64,000 nt of DNA from Vicinamibacterales bacterium (lineage in GTDB: Bacteria > Acidobacteriota > Vicinamibacteria > Vicinamibacterales > UBA8438), in the NCBI GenBank assembly GCA_965203525.1, contig OZ241898.1, forward strand, positions 1,024,176-1,088,175, read 5' to 3'. This document shows, piece after piece, positions 1 through 9,826 of this stretch (position 1 is the stretch's first letter; the number at the start of each line of letters is the position of its first letter). The notes beneath the pieces are model-generated. The model searched no databases and was not told where the DNA came from. It saw only the letters and a list, made by a program, of their open reading frames with translations. Position numbers and translations under genes: made by a program.

Positions 1-1
1 C

Positions 2-921
2 CGGGGCGACCGGCTGGAGCTGGCGGTGGAGGCGCGTATCCCGCACGGCCTTCGTCACTCGACGATGAAACCGGACCTGGATACGGTGCGGTACCAGGTG
101 GCGCTGGGCGTCGACCAGACGCAACGCCGGTTCGAGTTCAAGGCCGAGACGCTGATGTTGAAGAAGACGACCCCGGCGTCGAACGCGCCGCAGCCGTCCT
201 TTCCGTCCATCCGGCCCCGGCCGGATTCGCTGCAGATCAGCATCCGACAGCGGAACAACAAGGTGGTGATCAACAAGGCGCCGGGAGGGAACGACAACTT
301 CTACAACGAGGCCAAGCGGCCGGACGAGGGTTGGGCGCCGTCGTTCAGGCTGGGGCCGCGCAAATCGGCCCTCGGCAACCTGCCGGTGGACGCCACGTCG
401 TTCCCCGTGGCGACGTGGTTTCGGGAACATCTGGACGAAGGTCTGCAGCGGTTCGTGCTCAACAGCCGTACGATCCGGCGCCCCAGTCCTCCCACGAAGG
501 TCGCCGGATTCGAACCGGACGGGTCGAATCTGCCCTGGGTCATCGCCCGGCTGCGGGAGCAGCGCCCGGAACGCTACGACGAGTGGATGGCCACCTGCGA
601 ACCGCCCTGCCGGACCTTGAAGGCATCGACATGGTCGAACGCGACGAGGACCGGCACAGTTACATGATCTACACGTACCGGAACGGGCTGAAGGCCCCGT
701 CGTGGCTGGTGTCCGACGGCACGCTGAGGCTGCCGGTGCTCACGCTGCCGGCGTACCTCGCCGACTTCCGCGGCATCTACCTGATCGAGGAACCCGAGAA
801 CGGGGTCCATCCGGGGGCGGTGGCGACCGTGTACGACTCGCTGTCTTCGGTCTACGACGCCCAGGTGCTGCTGGCGACGCATTTGCGCTCCTTTCCGCCG
901 TTTTCGCGCCCGCCGGCATGA
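2..921 (+). pseudogene. AAA_21/ABC-type (SMC-like) ATPase, 5'-truncated by window edge and frameshifted
   Basis: Open from the window start. The frame of ORF 26..667 reads ...FEPDGSNLPWVIARLREQRPERYDEWMA. The homologous reading then continues in the frame of ORF 331..921: HLRTALPDLEGI...LVSDGTLRL (signature-like), IYLIEEPENGVHP (Walker B/D-loop), VLLATH (H-loop). One extra base in the run ggccacctg near 590-600 would restore a single frame. The stop overlaps the next start (ATGA at 918-921). Confidence 0.6.
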
Positions 922-2408
922 CCAGCAACCGGAACCGTGACTACCTTCTCGGCCTGGTGCGGGAGCTGCGCCGGTTGCCGCACGAGACCGAGTGGGTGGA
1001 GTTCAAGGTCGACCAGCGCGACCCGCGCGCCATCGGCGAGTACGTGTCGGCGCTGGCGAACGCGGCGGCCCTGCGCGACAAGGCGCGCGCGTACCTGCTG
1101 TGGGGAATCGAGGACGGCACGCACGCGGTGGTCGGCACGCATTTTTCGCCCGGCACGGCGAAGAAGGGCGCCGAGCCGCTGGAAACGTGGCTGCTGCGTC
1201 TGCTCAGTCCGCGGATCGACTTTCGCTTCCGGGAAGTCTCCGTCGACGAGCGGCGCGTCGTGCTCCTGGAGATCGACCGCGCCGCGCACCGGCCGGTGGC
1301 GTTCGAGGGCGTCGAGTTCATCCGGGTCGGCAGCACGAAGCGGAAGCTCAGGGACTATCCGGAGAAGGAACGCGCGCTCTGGCGCCGGTTCGACCGGACG
1401 CGCTTCGAGGACGGGGTCGCGGCGGAACGGCTGAGCGGCGAAGAGACCCTGCTCCGGCTCGACTACCCGGCGTACTTCCACCTGCTCGGCCGGCCGCTGC
1501 CCGACGGCCGGGCCGCGATTCTCGAGGCGCTGCAGCAGGACCGGCTGGTCGCGCCGTGCGAGGCCGGCGGCTTCGACGTCACGAACTTGGGCGCCATCCT
1601 GTTCGCCAGGAACCTCGGCGATTTTCCGCCGCTGGCGCGCAAGGCCGCGCGGGTCGTCGAGTACCGGGGCCGGGGGCGCACCGAGGCGCTGGGAGAACGC
1701 GAGGAGACGACGGGGTACGCCGCCGGCTTCGAGGGGCTGATCGGCTACGTCGACGCCCGGCTGCCGAAACGCGAGGAGATCGGGCCGGCGTTGCGCCGGA
1801 ACCTCCCCGAGTTCCCGGAACCGGCGGTGCGCGAGCTGGTGGCGAACGCCCTGATCCACCAGGACTTCTCGGTGACCGGCGCCGGGCCGATGATCGAAAT
1901 CTTCGACGGCCGCATCGAGATCACGAATCCCGGCGAGCCGCTGGTGGACACCGAACGCTTTCTCGACAGCCCGCCCGCCTCCCGCAACGAGGCGCTGGCG
2001 TCGCTGCTGCGCCGGTTCGACATCTGTGAAGAGCGCGGCAGCGGCATCGACAAGGTGGTGGCGCAGGTCGAGGCCCACCAGCTTCCGGCGCCGCTCTTCG
2101 AGGCGCCGCCCGGCTTCACCCGCGTCGTCCTCTTCGCCCGCAAGCCGATGGCCGACATGGACCGGGCCGAGCGGGTGCGGGCCTGCTACCTGCACGCCTG
2201 CCTGAAGTACGTGACGCGGGACTTCCTGACCAACGCGTCGCTGCGGGAGCGGTTCGGCATCACGACGAACAACAAGGCGATGGTCTCCCGCCGCATCCGC
2301 GAGGCGGTGGACGCGGGCGCGATCAGGCCGTTCGACGAGCACGCGGCCCCGAAGCTGCGGAAATACGTTCCCCACTGGGCCGGCGTTTCCGCCGGCGGAT
2401 ATAGTTGA
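918..2408 (+). CDS. AlbA_2 (Schlafen-like) DNA-binding domain + HATPase_c_4 + C-terminal wHTH protein (family often annotated as RecG-like regulator)
   Basis: ATG at 918 in the frame of ORF 702..2408. N-terminus ETEWVEFKV...ALANAA...YLLWGIEDG is typical of AlbA_2. Central VRELVANALIHQDF...IEITNPG is a GHKL-like fold. The C-terminal part looks like a helix-turn-helix. Confidence 0.8.
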   Translation: MTSNRNRDYLLGLVRELRRLPHETEWVEFKVDQRDPRAIGEYVSALANAAALRDKARAYLLWGIEDGTHAVVGTHFSPGTAKKGAEPLETWLLRLLSPRIDFRFREVSVDERRVVLLEIDRAAHRPVAFEGVEFIRVGSTKRKLRDYPEKERALWRRFDRTRFEDGVAAERLSGEETLLRLDYPAYFHLLGRPLPDGRAAILEALQQDRLVAPCEAGGFDVTNLGAILFARNLGDFPPLARKAARVVEYRGRGRTEALGEREETTGYAAGFEGLIGYVDARLPKREEIGPALRRNLPEFPEPAVRELVANALIHQDFSVTGAGPMIEIFDGRIEITNPGEPLVDTERFLDSPPASRNEALASLLRRFDICEERGSGIDKVVAQVEAHQLPAPLFEAPPGFTRVVLFARKPMADMDRAERVRACYLHACLKYVTRDFLTNASLRERFGITTNNKAMVSRRIREAVDAGAIRPFDEHAAPKLRKYVPHWAGVSAGGYS

Positions 2409-2730
2409 CGGACAGCGGTCCGCGCCCGCTTGAAATCCAGGCAAGTTGTTGAAAAAAAGCGATTTGCTCCAGTTGACGGGTAGTTGACCGGCAACGGTCG
2501 TCCGGCCGTCTTCCCGCCCCGCCAGCGGGGGCGCCCGGCGGCCCATGGTCCATGCGCGACCGGGGTATCCGCCGGAGGAGGGACAGGAGACACGGCCAGG
2601 CGGAGAGGCCCGGCGGCCCCCTTCGTTGACGGTAGTTGACGGGTAGTTGACCGGCGGCTCGCCTCGCCGGCGGGAATCACCACAAGCCGTTGCCCAGAAA
2701 GCACTTGTCCAGTTGACGGGTACTTGACTG
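2403..2730. repeat. Iteron-like array: 8 copies of a 10-11 bp unit (T)AGTTGAC(G/C)GG grouped 1+2+3+2
   Basis: Units start at about 2403, 2471, 2481, 2624, 2633, 2644, 2711 and 2721. The doublets at 2471 and 2711 are each preceded by a related ~30-bp segment: caagttgttgaaaaaaagcgatttgctcc versus caagccgttgcccagaaagcacttgtcc. Confidence 0.85.
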
Positions 2731-2755
2731 CGCCGGTCCGACGCCCACCGGCGGG

Positions 2756-2840
2756 GTCGCGCCACCCCGCGTGCCGCGAATTCAGCGGCGGCGCGGGAGG
2801 AGTCGCGCCACCCCCGCGTGCCCGCGAATCAGCGGCGGCG
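2756..2840. repeat. Two direct copies of a ~38-bp segment (period ~46 bp)
   Basis: gtcgcgccaccccgcgtgccgcgaattcagcggcggcg versus gtcgcgccacccccgcgtgcccgcgaatcagcggcggcg. Confidence 0.8.
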
Positions 2841-3074
2841 GAAGCGGCGCCCGGCGTCACGGTGGGAGCGTCGGCTCGGATCGGCCGAACACCGCTTGCA
2901 GCCACTCGGCGAACGCGCGCCGGCGCACGAAGACAGGTCGATGGTCAGATCGGTGAAGCGTTTGAAGTTCGCCAGGCGCAGCCGGGTGACGTTCATCGAG
3001 TCTCGGTCCGCCGGCAGCGCGAACGCGGCGTCCCGAAGACGCGCGCGTTCGCCCGCCCCGGCGCCGCGGCGGTC

Positions 3075-5186
3075 TCAGTCCGCCGGCAGCGCGAAGGCGA
3101 CGATCCGCGGGCCGCCGCCGATGCTGACGGCGATGTGCTGCCGGCCGTCGACCTGGTAGGTCATCGGCGTGCCGACGGTGCCCGCCGGCAGGTCGACGGC
3201 GCCGCGCACCTCGCCGGTCCGCTTGTCCCAGGCGACCAGGGCCGGCCCGCCCCCGCTGCCGGCGGTCGGCACCATGCTGACGAGCAGGGTCTTCGTCAGC
3301 AGCGGCCCGCCGATGGCGCCGTCGCCCACCGGCGGCAGGTTCAGGTGCCGCAGGCGGGGATGGTTGCGGATGCGGTCGCCGTTGCCGAGCGGGACCATCC
3401 AGACGTGTTCACCGGTGTTCATGTCGATGGCGGTCATCCGCGAGTAGGGGGGCTTGAGCAGCGGCAGTCCCTGCGGCATCCGCGCCTGGTACGACTGGCC
3501 GCGGCGGATCTGGCGGAGCCGCTGCTCCTCGGGGGCGCCGTGCGTGTACCGCATCGTTGCGCCGAGGGCCGGGTCCGGCGTGTAGAGCGGGATGGAGACG
3601 GCGACGTTGCGCGACGGGACGTAGAGCATCCCGGTCTCGGGATCGACGGCCGCGCCGGCCCAGCCGGCCGCGCCGAAGTCGGGCGGGCGCATCAGGGTGC
3701 CCTGCGCGCCGCCGGCGATGGGCCGGCCCGGCGGAGTGAAGAGCGGCCCGATCCGGTAGTTGGAGACCACCTCGATCGCCATGCGGCGGAGCTCCGGCGT
3801 GAAGTCCACCAGGTCGTCGATGGTGACCCCCTGGTAGTCGAACGGGGCCGGCTTCGTCGGGAACGGCTGCGTCGGCGACGGGACCTCGCCCGGCATGTTG
3901 GTCGCCTGCGGCACCGGGCGCTCCTCGATGGGCCACAGCGGCTCGCCGGTCACCCGGTCGAAGGCGTAGACGAACGCCTGCTTGCTCACCTGCGCGAGCG
4001 CCTTGACGGGGCGGCCGTCGACCACCAGGTCGACCAGGTTCGGGTGGGTCGGGAAGTCGTAGTCCCACAGCCCGTGGTGGACCGCCTGGAAGTGCCACAT
4101 CCGCTGGCCGGTCTCGACGTCGACGGCGATGATCGTCTCGGAGAAGAGGTTGTCGCCCGGCCGGTCGGCGCCGTAGTAGTCGTTCGTGGTGGTGCCGGTC
4201 GGCAGGTAGACGTAGCCGAGCTCGTTGTCGCCGGCGAGCATCGACCAGACGTTGGCGTTGCCGGAGTAGCGCCACGAATCGTTCAGCCAGGTGTCGACGC
4301 CGAACTCGTCGGCGCTGTTCGGCACGGTGTGGAAGTCCCAGGCGTGCTCGCCGGTGCGGACGTCCCACGCCCGCACCCAGCCGGGGGGCGCTTCCTTCGT
4401 GATGCGCCGGTCGGCGATCTGCGAGCCGTGGATCACCTTGTCGCGCACCACGATCGGCGGCGAATTGATGGAGTAGAGCAGGGCGTTGAGGTAGTCGCGC
4501 GCCTCGCGCTCGACCCGCGGGATGCCGACCATCGCGTCGACCATGCCGCTGCCGCCGGGTCCGAAGTCGGGGCACGGCTGCCCGGTCTGCGCCCGCACGC
4601 AGACGAGGTGGCCGTTGCCGGTGCCCCAGAAGATCCGCTCGTCGCCGGCGCCGTCGGTCCAGTAGGCGACGCCGCGCTGCGTCCAGGGCCCGCTCATCGA
4701 CGGGGTTCCCTCTTCGTAGCTCTTCGGGTTGAAGATCCAGAGCGTCTCGCCGGTGGCCGCGTCGACCGCGACCCCCTGCGACAGCGGCGTGTTGAAGTAG
4801 AGCACGCCGCCGACCATCAGCGGCGTCGCCTGCAGGCGTGACGGATTCGGGGGCTGGCTGTCGCGGTAGAGGTTCGGGGTCTCCTCGACCAGCGACTCGA
4901 CGATGACGCCGAGCGGGGCCGACCACTCGCCGCCGCCGGGCATGGTGCGGCTGACGAAGTTGTCGACCGACGTCCACTCCCACGCCACCTCCAGGTCGCC
5001 GAAGTTGTCCGCGTCGATCTGGTCGAGCGGCGAGTACTTGGTGCCCGCGACGTCGCCGGCGTAGCTGCGCCATTCGCCGTTCTCCGTGCCGTAGCTCTGC
5101 CACGGCCCGTCCGACGCCCGTTCCTGTGCGAAAGCGGCGCCTGCCCCGGTCAGCGCGGCGAGCGACGTGATCAGCAACGACCTCAT
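3075..5186 (-). CDS. PQQ-dependent (quinoprotein) dehydrogenase, secreted
   Basis: 703-aa ORF with signal peptide MRSLLITSLAALTGAGAAFAQ. Start of the mature protein is W..YG.....RYSPLDQI....L.VAW, typical of 8-bladed PQQ propeller dehydrogenases. W/G-rich propeller repeats run throughout. Confidence 0.85.
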   Translation of the reverse strand: MRSLLITSLAALTGAGAAFAQERASDGPWQSYGTENGEWRSYAGDVAGTKYSPLDQIDADNFGDLEVAWEWTSVDNFVSRTMPGGGEWSAPLGVIVESLVEETPNLYRDSQPPNPSRLQATPLMVGGVLYFNTPLSQGVAVDAATGETLWIFNPKSYEEGTPSMSGPWTQRGVAYWTDGAGDERIFWGTGNGHLVCVRAQTGQPCPDFGPGGSGMVDAMVGIPRVEREARDYLNALLYSINSPPIVVRDKVIHGSQIADRRITKEAPPGWVRAWDVRTGEHAWDFHTVPNSADEFGVDTWLNDSWRYSGNANVWSMLAGDNELGYVYLPTGTTTNDYYGADRPGDNLFSETIIAVDVETGQRMWHFQAVHHGLWDYDFPTHPNLVDLVVDGRPVKALAQVSKQAFVYAFDRVTGEPLWPIEERPVPQATNMPGEVPSPTQPFPTKPAPFDYQGVTIDDLVDFTPELRRMAIEVVSNYRIGPLFTPPGRPIAGGAQGTLMRPPDFGAAGWAGAAVDPETGMLYVPSRNVAVSIPLYTPDPALGATMRYTHGAPEEQRLRQIRRGQSYQARMPQGLPLLKPPYSRMTAIDMNTGEHVWMVPLGNGDRIRNHPRLRHLNLPPVGDGAIGGPLLTKTLLVSMVPTAGSGGGPALVAWDKRTGEVRGAVDLPAGTVGTPMTYQVDGRQHIAVSIGGGPRIVAFALPAD

Positions 5187-5397
5187 TCCAGACCCTCTCT
5201 TTCCACCCGTTCCGCGGACGCTTCCGCTTCTTCTACCGGTCCTGCCGGCTTCGGCGCCGCGTCTTCATTCCGCCGGTTCCGGCGCCGCGCCTGCAACCGG
5301 TTCCACCGCCGCCGCCAACCGCAACGCGATCGGAAATGCGCGGGCAGCGGATGCGCGTTCGGCGCCCGGGCGGGGAGGAACGGCATGCGATCCTATA

Positions 5398-5667
5398 CTA
5401 CGGCGGGAACGCGTCGAGAAAATGGACCTCGCCGTCGATCACGCCCGCCTCGACGCCCACCGCCGCCGACTCCGGCGAGGCCATGAACGCTTCCGCCCGT
5501 TCCCGATCCTCGACGTCCAGCAGGAAGAACACCTCGTCGGCCGCGTCCAGGGAGCGCCACACCCGGACCACCGTCAGTCCGGCCGCGGCACCGGCGGTCG
5601 TCTGGCCGTCGAAGACGCGCTTCCACCTGTCGACGTCCCGCACTCGATTGCGAACCAGCAGCACCAT
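5398..5667 (-). CDS. Small conserved-looking hypothetical protein (possibly ABM/ferredoxin-like fold)
   Basis: 89-aa ORF with strong GC3 coding bias. The fold guess rests only on the pattern ...VWRSLDAADEVFFLLDVEDRERAEAFMASPE... Confidence 0.45.
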   Translation of the reverse strand: MVLLVRNRVRDVDRWKRVFDGQTTAGAAAGLTVVRVWRSLDAADEVFFLLDVEDRERAEAFMASPESAAVGVEAGVIDGEVHFLDAFPP

Positions 5668-5756
5668 CGTTCGTCTCCCGGGGTGACGAGCGCCTCGCGG
5701 CCGGCGCTCGGGGCGTTCTCGATACTACAGGCGCCCGGGCCGTTCCGGCCCCGGCA

Positions 5757-5870
5757 GGCCGGCGTTTCCGGCGCCGTGACCTGCGACGCCGACGACGCGC
5801 CGGGCGCGATCACCGGCGGCCGCGCCCGGGCCGGCGTTCCCGGCGCCGGGACCTGCCGCGCCGACGACGC
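5757..5870. repeat. Imperfect direct duplication, period ~72 bp
   Basis: ggccggcgtttccggcgccgtgacctgcgacgccgacgacgc versus ggccggcgttcccggcgccgggacctgccgcgccgacgacgc. It lies immediately upstream of the methyltransferase start. Confidence 0.8.
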
Positions 5871-5878
5871 CTGACGCC

Positions 5879-6667
5879 GTGACGACCGCGGACGACAGCG
5901 CGGCCGGTTGGGGCGGCTGGGACGCCTACGCCCCGTTCTACGACTGGGAGAACCGGCGCACCATGGGCCGCCGCGACGTCCGGTTCTGGACGGATCTGGC
6001 TCGCCGCGCGGGCGGAACGGTGCTGGAGCTGGGGTGCGGGACCGGGCGCCTGTCGGTGCCGGTGGCGCGGGCCGCGCCCCGCTTCGTCGGGCTGGACCGC
6101 TCGGAGCCGATGCTCCGCCGGCTGCGGGCGCGCATCCGCCGGGCCCGTCTGGCCGGACGCGCGTCGATCGTGCGCGGCGACGTGCGCGCCCTGCCGTTCC
6201 GCCGGGACTGGCGCTGCCGGCTGGTGATGGCGCCCTACGGCATGCTCCAGTCGCTGCTTTCGGACGAGGACCTGACGCGGACGCTGGACGCGGTCGCCGG
6301 CGTGCTGGCGCGCGGCGGGACGTTCGGCGTCGACGTCGTGCCGGACCTGCCCCGCTGGGAGGAGTATCACCGGCGGGTGGGGCTGCGCGGGCCGGCGAGC
6401 GGGGGGCGCCGCGTCACGCTGATCGAATCGGTGCGGCAGGTGCCCGAGCACGGGCTCACCGTCTTCGATCAGGAGTTCGTGGAATGGCGCGGGCGGCGCC
6501 GGACGGCGCACCGCTTCTCGCTCGCGTTCCGCACCATCACGGTCCCGCGGATGGCGGAGCGCCTGGAGCGGGCGGGGTTCCGCGTCGACGCCGTCCTCGG
6601 CGACTACGCGGGCAAGGAGTGGTCGCCCGACGCCCGGGTCTGGATCCTCGTCGCGCGCCGCTTCTGA
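5879..6667 (+). CDS. Class I SAM-dependent methyltransferase
   Basis: Motif I VLELGCGTGRLSVPVAR; 262-aa ORF. Confidence 0.8.
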   Translation: MTTADDSAAGWGGWDAYAPFYDWENRRTMGRRDVRFWTDLARRAGGTVLELGCGTGRLSVPVARAAPRFVGLDRSEPMLRRLRARIRRARLAGRASIVRGDVRALPFRRDWRCRLVMAPYGMLQSLLSDEDLTRTLDAVAGVLARGGTFGVDVVPDLPRWEEYHRRVGLRGPASGGRRVTLIESVRQVPEHGLTVFDQEFVEWRGRRRTAHRFSLAFRTITVPRMAERLERAGFRVDAVLGDYAGKEWSPDARVWILVARRF

Positions 6668-6750
6668 CCCCGGGGTGGAGGAGCCCATCCGGCTGCGCCG
6701 GGGCCCGGGGTCCGGATCCTCGTCGCGCGCCGCTTCTGACCCCGGGGTGG
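6632..6750. repeat. Imperfect direct duplication of the methyltransferase 3' end including its stop codon, period ~71 bp
   Basis: gcccgggtctggatcctcgtcgcgcgccgcttctgaccccggggtgg (6632-6678) is repeated at 6703-6750. Confidence 0.85.
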
Positions 6751-6785
6751 TTTTCCGCGGCCCGGGGTTTTGCGATAATGGGGCC

Positions 6786-7535
6786 ATGTCCGGACATTCC
6801 AAGTGGGCTTCGATCAAGCACAAGAAAGGCGTGGCGGACGCGCGTCGCGGCAAGCTCTTCACCCGCATCATCAAGGAACTGACGGTGGCGGCGCGCGACG
6901 GCGGCGGCGATCCGTCGATGAACCCCCGCCTGCGCACCGTGATCGCCGACGCCAAGGCGGCCAACATGCCGGCAGAGAACATCCGGCGCGCCGTCCGGCG
7001 CGGCACCGGGGAGGAGCCGGGCGTTTCATACGAAGAGGTGACCTACGAGGCGTACGGGCCGGGCGGCGCGGCGCTCCTCATCGAGTGCCTGACCGACAAC
7101 ACGAACCGGGCCGTCGGCGAGATCCGCCACCTGCTGTCGAAGCACAACGGCAACCTCGGCACCACCAACTCGGTGGCCTGGATGTTCGAGAAGCACGGCC
7201 ACGTCGTCGTCGAGCAGGGGAGCGTCGACGAGGAGACGCTGATGACCGCGGCGATCGACGCGGGCGCCGACGATTTCCGCGAGGACGGCGACAACTGGGA
7301 GATCGTCAGCAGCCCGGAGGCCTTCGAGGCCGTCCGGGAGGCGGTCGCCGCGGCGGGCGCGACGCCGATCGCGGCCCGGGTCGCCATGCTGCCGCGGAAT
7401 CTCGTCAAGGTCGAGGGCAAGGCCGCCCAGCAGATGATCAAGTTGATGGACGTGCTCGAAGAGCTGGACGACGTGCAGCACGTCTGGTCGAACTTCGACG
7501 TCGACGCCAAGGAGATCGAGGCCTCCCTGGCGTGA
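6786..7535 (+). CDS. yebC: YebC/PmpR family DNA-binding transcriptional regulator
   Basis: MSGHSKWASIKHKKG...KLFTRIIKEL... is the canonical YebC N-terminus. The ATG at 6786 is in the frame of ORF 6675..7535. Confidence 0.93.
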   Translation: MSGHSKWASIKHKKGVADARRGKLFTRIIKELTVAARDGGGDPSMNPRLRTVIADAKAANMPAENIRRAVRRGTGEEPGVSYEEVTYEAYGPGGAALLIECLTDNTNRAVGEIRHLLSKHNGNLGTTNSVAWMFEKHGHVVVEQGSVDEETLMTAAIDAGADDFREDGDNWEIVSSPEAFEAVREAVAAAGATPIAARVAMLPRNLVKVEGKAAQQMIKLMDVLEELDDVQHVWSNFDVDAKEIEASLA

Positions 7536-8086
7536 GAATCTTCGGGGTCGACCCCGGCTCCGCGCACACGGGGTACGGCTGCATCGACGCGTCGGGCGGC
7601 CGTCACCGGGTCCTCGCTTGCGGCGTGCTGAGCCCGCCGGCCCGGGGCGGCTTTCCCGAGAAGCTGCGCGCCGTCCGCGACGGCCTGGCCGCGCTGCTCG
7701 CCGAGCACCGGCCGGAAACCGTCGCCGTCGAGGACCTCTTCTACGCCCGCAACGCCCGCAGCGCGCTGAAGCTGGGCCACGTCCGAGGCGTCGTCATGCT
7801 GGCCGCGTCCGAGGCGGGGCTGCCGGTGGCGGAGTACGCGCCGGCCGAGGTCAAGCAGGCGGTGGTCGGCTACGGGCGGGCCGAGAAGCAGCAGGTGCGG
7901 CAGATGGTCTGCCTGCTCCTGGGACTCGACCCGCCGCCCTCCCGGCTGGACGTGACCGACGCCCTGGCCGTGGCGGTCTGCCACGCGCACTCGGTCCGGC
8001 CGGCCGCCCCCGGCGCGCCGCCGCCCGCGCCGCGCGGGGCGCCCCGCTCGTGGCGGCAGTACCGCCCCCCGGCCGGGGTCCGCTGA
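7532..8086 (+). CDS. ruvC: Crossover junction endodeoxyribonuclease RuvC
   Basis: VRIFGVDPGSAHTGYG... and ...VAVEDLFYARNARSALKLGHVRGV. The GTG at 7532 overlaps the yebC stop. Confidence 0.9.
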   Translation: MRIFGVDPGSAHTGYGCIDASGGRHRVLACGVLSPPARGGFPEKLRAVRDGLAALLAEHRPETVAVEDLFYARNARSALKLGHVRGVVMLAASEAGLPVAEYAPAEVKQAVVGYGRAEKQQVRQMVCLLLGLDPPPSRLDVTDALAVAVCHAHSVRPAAPGAPPPAPRGAPRSWRQYRPPAGVR

Positions 8087-8096
8087 CGGTCCGGCC

Positions 8097-8693
8097 ATGA
8101 TCGCCAGACTCCGCGGGACGCTCGCCGACAAGCAGCCGGGACGGGTCGTCGTCGACGTCGGGGGCGTCGGCTACGACGTCTGGATTCCGCTGTCCACCTA
8201 CTACGCCGTGGGCGACCGGGGCGCGGACGTGGCGCTGCGCGTCCACACCCACGTCCGCGAGGAGGCGCTCTCGCTCTTCGGGTTCGCCACGGTCCTGGAG
8301 CTCGACCTGTTCGAGCGGCTGATCGGCGTCAACGGCGTCGGGCCGCGTCTGGCCCTAGCGGTCATTTCGGGCATCGAGCCGCCGGCGCTGGTCGAGGCCG
8401 TCCGCGCGTCGGACCTCGCGCGGCTGACCGGCATCCCGGGGGTGGGGCGGAAGACGGCCGAGCGGATCGTGCTGGAGCTAAAGGACAAGCTGCCGGCCGC
8501 CGCGGCGGCCGACGAGGCCGGCGAGGCGGCGGAGACCGGCGGCCGCGGTCTGCGCGGCGACGTCGTCTCGGCCCTTCTCAACCTCGGCTATCCCCGCTCC
8601 CCCGCGGAACGCGCCGTGACGGCGGCGCTCGAACGCGGCCCGGGCGATTTCGATGCGACGCTCCGGCAGGCGCTCCGGGAGCTGGCCGGATGA
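8097..8693 (+). CDS. ruvA: Holliday junction DNA helicase RuvA
   Basis: MIARLRGTL....VVVDVGGVGYDV.. and GVNGVGPRLALAV, GIPGVGRKTAERI (HhH motifs). Confidence 0.93.
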   Translation: MIARLRGTLADKQPGRVVVDVGGVGYDVWIPLSTYYAVGDRGADVALRVHTHVREEALSLFGFATVLELDLFERLIGVNGVGPRLALAVISGIEPPALVEAVRASDLARLTGIPGVGRKTAERIVLELKDKLPAAAAADEAGEAAETGGRGLRGDVVSALLNLGYPRSPAERAVTAALERGPGDFDATLRQALRELAG

Positions 8694-8757
8694 TCCGGCC
8701 CCCGCGCCGACCGCCCCGCCGGCGCCCCCGCCCGGCGCATAGAATGGTCGGGCCGCG

Positions 8758-9774
8758 GTGACCGAACACGTTCTCAGCACCGTGCGGGCGGACGACGACG
8801 CCCAGTACGAGGCGGGGCTTCGCCCGCGCGCCCTCGCCGACTACGTCGGCCAGGATCGCGTGCGCGAGAACCTCGTCGTCGCCATCACCGCGGCGCGCAA
8901 CCGCGACGAGGCGCTCGATCACGTGCTGCTCTACGGACCGCCCGGGCTCGGCAAGACGACGCTGGCCCACGTCATCGGCAACGAGCTGGGCGCGCCGGTG
9001 CGGGGCACGGCCGGTCCGGTGCTGGAGAAACCGGGCGATCTGGCGGCGATCCTGACGAACCTGAAGGCGCGGGACGTGCTGTTCATCGACGAGATCCACC
9101 GCATGAGCCCGGCCATCGAGGAGATCCTCTATCCGGCCATGGAGGACTACGAGCTCGACATCGTCATCGGACAGGGGCCGAGCGCGCGTTCCGTCAAGGT
9201 TCCTCTGCAGAGGTTCACGCTGATCGGCGCCACGACCCGCGCGGGCCTGCTGACGTCGCCGCTGCGGGCCCGGTTCGGCATCGTGCACCGGCTCGACTTC
9301 TATACGGAACGCGACCTGATCGAGATCGTGACCCGCTCGGCGCGCATTCTCGGGGCGCCGATCGACGCCGCCGCGACGGCCGAGGTCGCGCGCCGCTCGC
9401 GCGGGACCCCGCGCGTCGCCAACCGCCTGCTCCGGCGCGTGCGCGACTACGCCGAGGTGCGGGCCGACGGGGCGATCACGCTGGAGGTCGCCCGCCGGGC
9501 GCTGGCGCTGCTGGAGGTGGACGAGCAGGGCTTCGACGAAGCGGACCGGCGGCTGCTGCACGCGATCATCGACAAGTTCGGGGGCGGGCCGGTCGGGCTC
9601 AATAGCCTGGCCGCCGCCATCAGCGAAGAGAAGGACGCGATCGAGGACATCTACGAGCCGTACCTGATTCAGGCCGGCTTTCTCGACCGGACGCCGCGCG
9701 GGCGCATGGCGACGGCCCGCGCCTGGGACTACTTCGGGCTGGCGAACCCGGAGCGGCGCTCGCGGCTGTTCTAA
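8758..9774 (+). CDS. ruvB: Holliday junction DNA helicase RuvB
   Basis: LRPR.L.DYVGQ..V...L; Walker [12 protein letters not shown]; Walker B LFIDEIHR. Confidence 0.95.
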   Translation: MTEHVLSTVRADDDAQYEAGLRPRALADYVGQDRVRENLVVAITAARNRDEALDHVLLYGPPGLGKTTLAHVIGNELGAPVRGTAGPVLEKPGDLAAILTNLKARDVLFIDEIHRMSPAIEEILYPAMEDYELDIVIGQGPSARSVKVPLQRFTLIGATTRAGLLTSPLRARFGIVHRLDFYTERDLIEIVTRSARILGAPIDAAATAEVARRSRGTPRVANRLLRRVRDYAEVRADGAITLEVARRALALLEVDEQGFDEADRRLLHAIIDKFGGGPVGLNSLAAAISEEKDAIEDIYEPYLIQAGFLDRTPRGRMATARAWDYFGLANPERRSRLF

Positions 9775-9826
9775 CCGGGGCGGGCGGCAGCACCGGCGGC
9801 GGCCGCCGGAGACAAGGACGGAGCGA

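Noticed and set aside
852-2765. 637-aa minus-strand ORF, plus several other ORFs overlapping the AlbA_2 gene
   Set aside because: It is antisense to a gene with clear domain homology. Its translation is Arg/Pro/Gly/Ala-rich low complexity, typical of wrong-frame ORFs in very GC-rich DNA.
2724-4841. 705-aa plus-strand ORF
   Set aside because: It is antisense to the PQQ dehydrogenase. It has no recognisable motifs and an extreme R/G/A/P composition.
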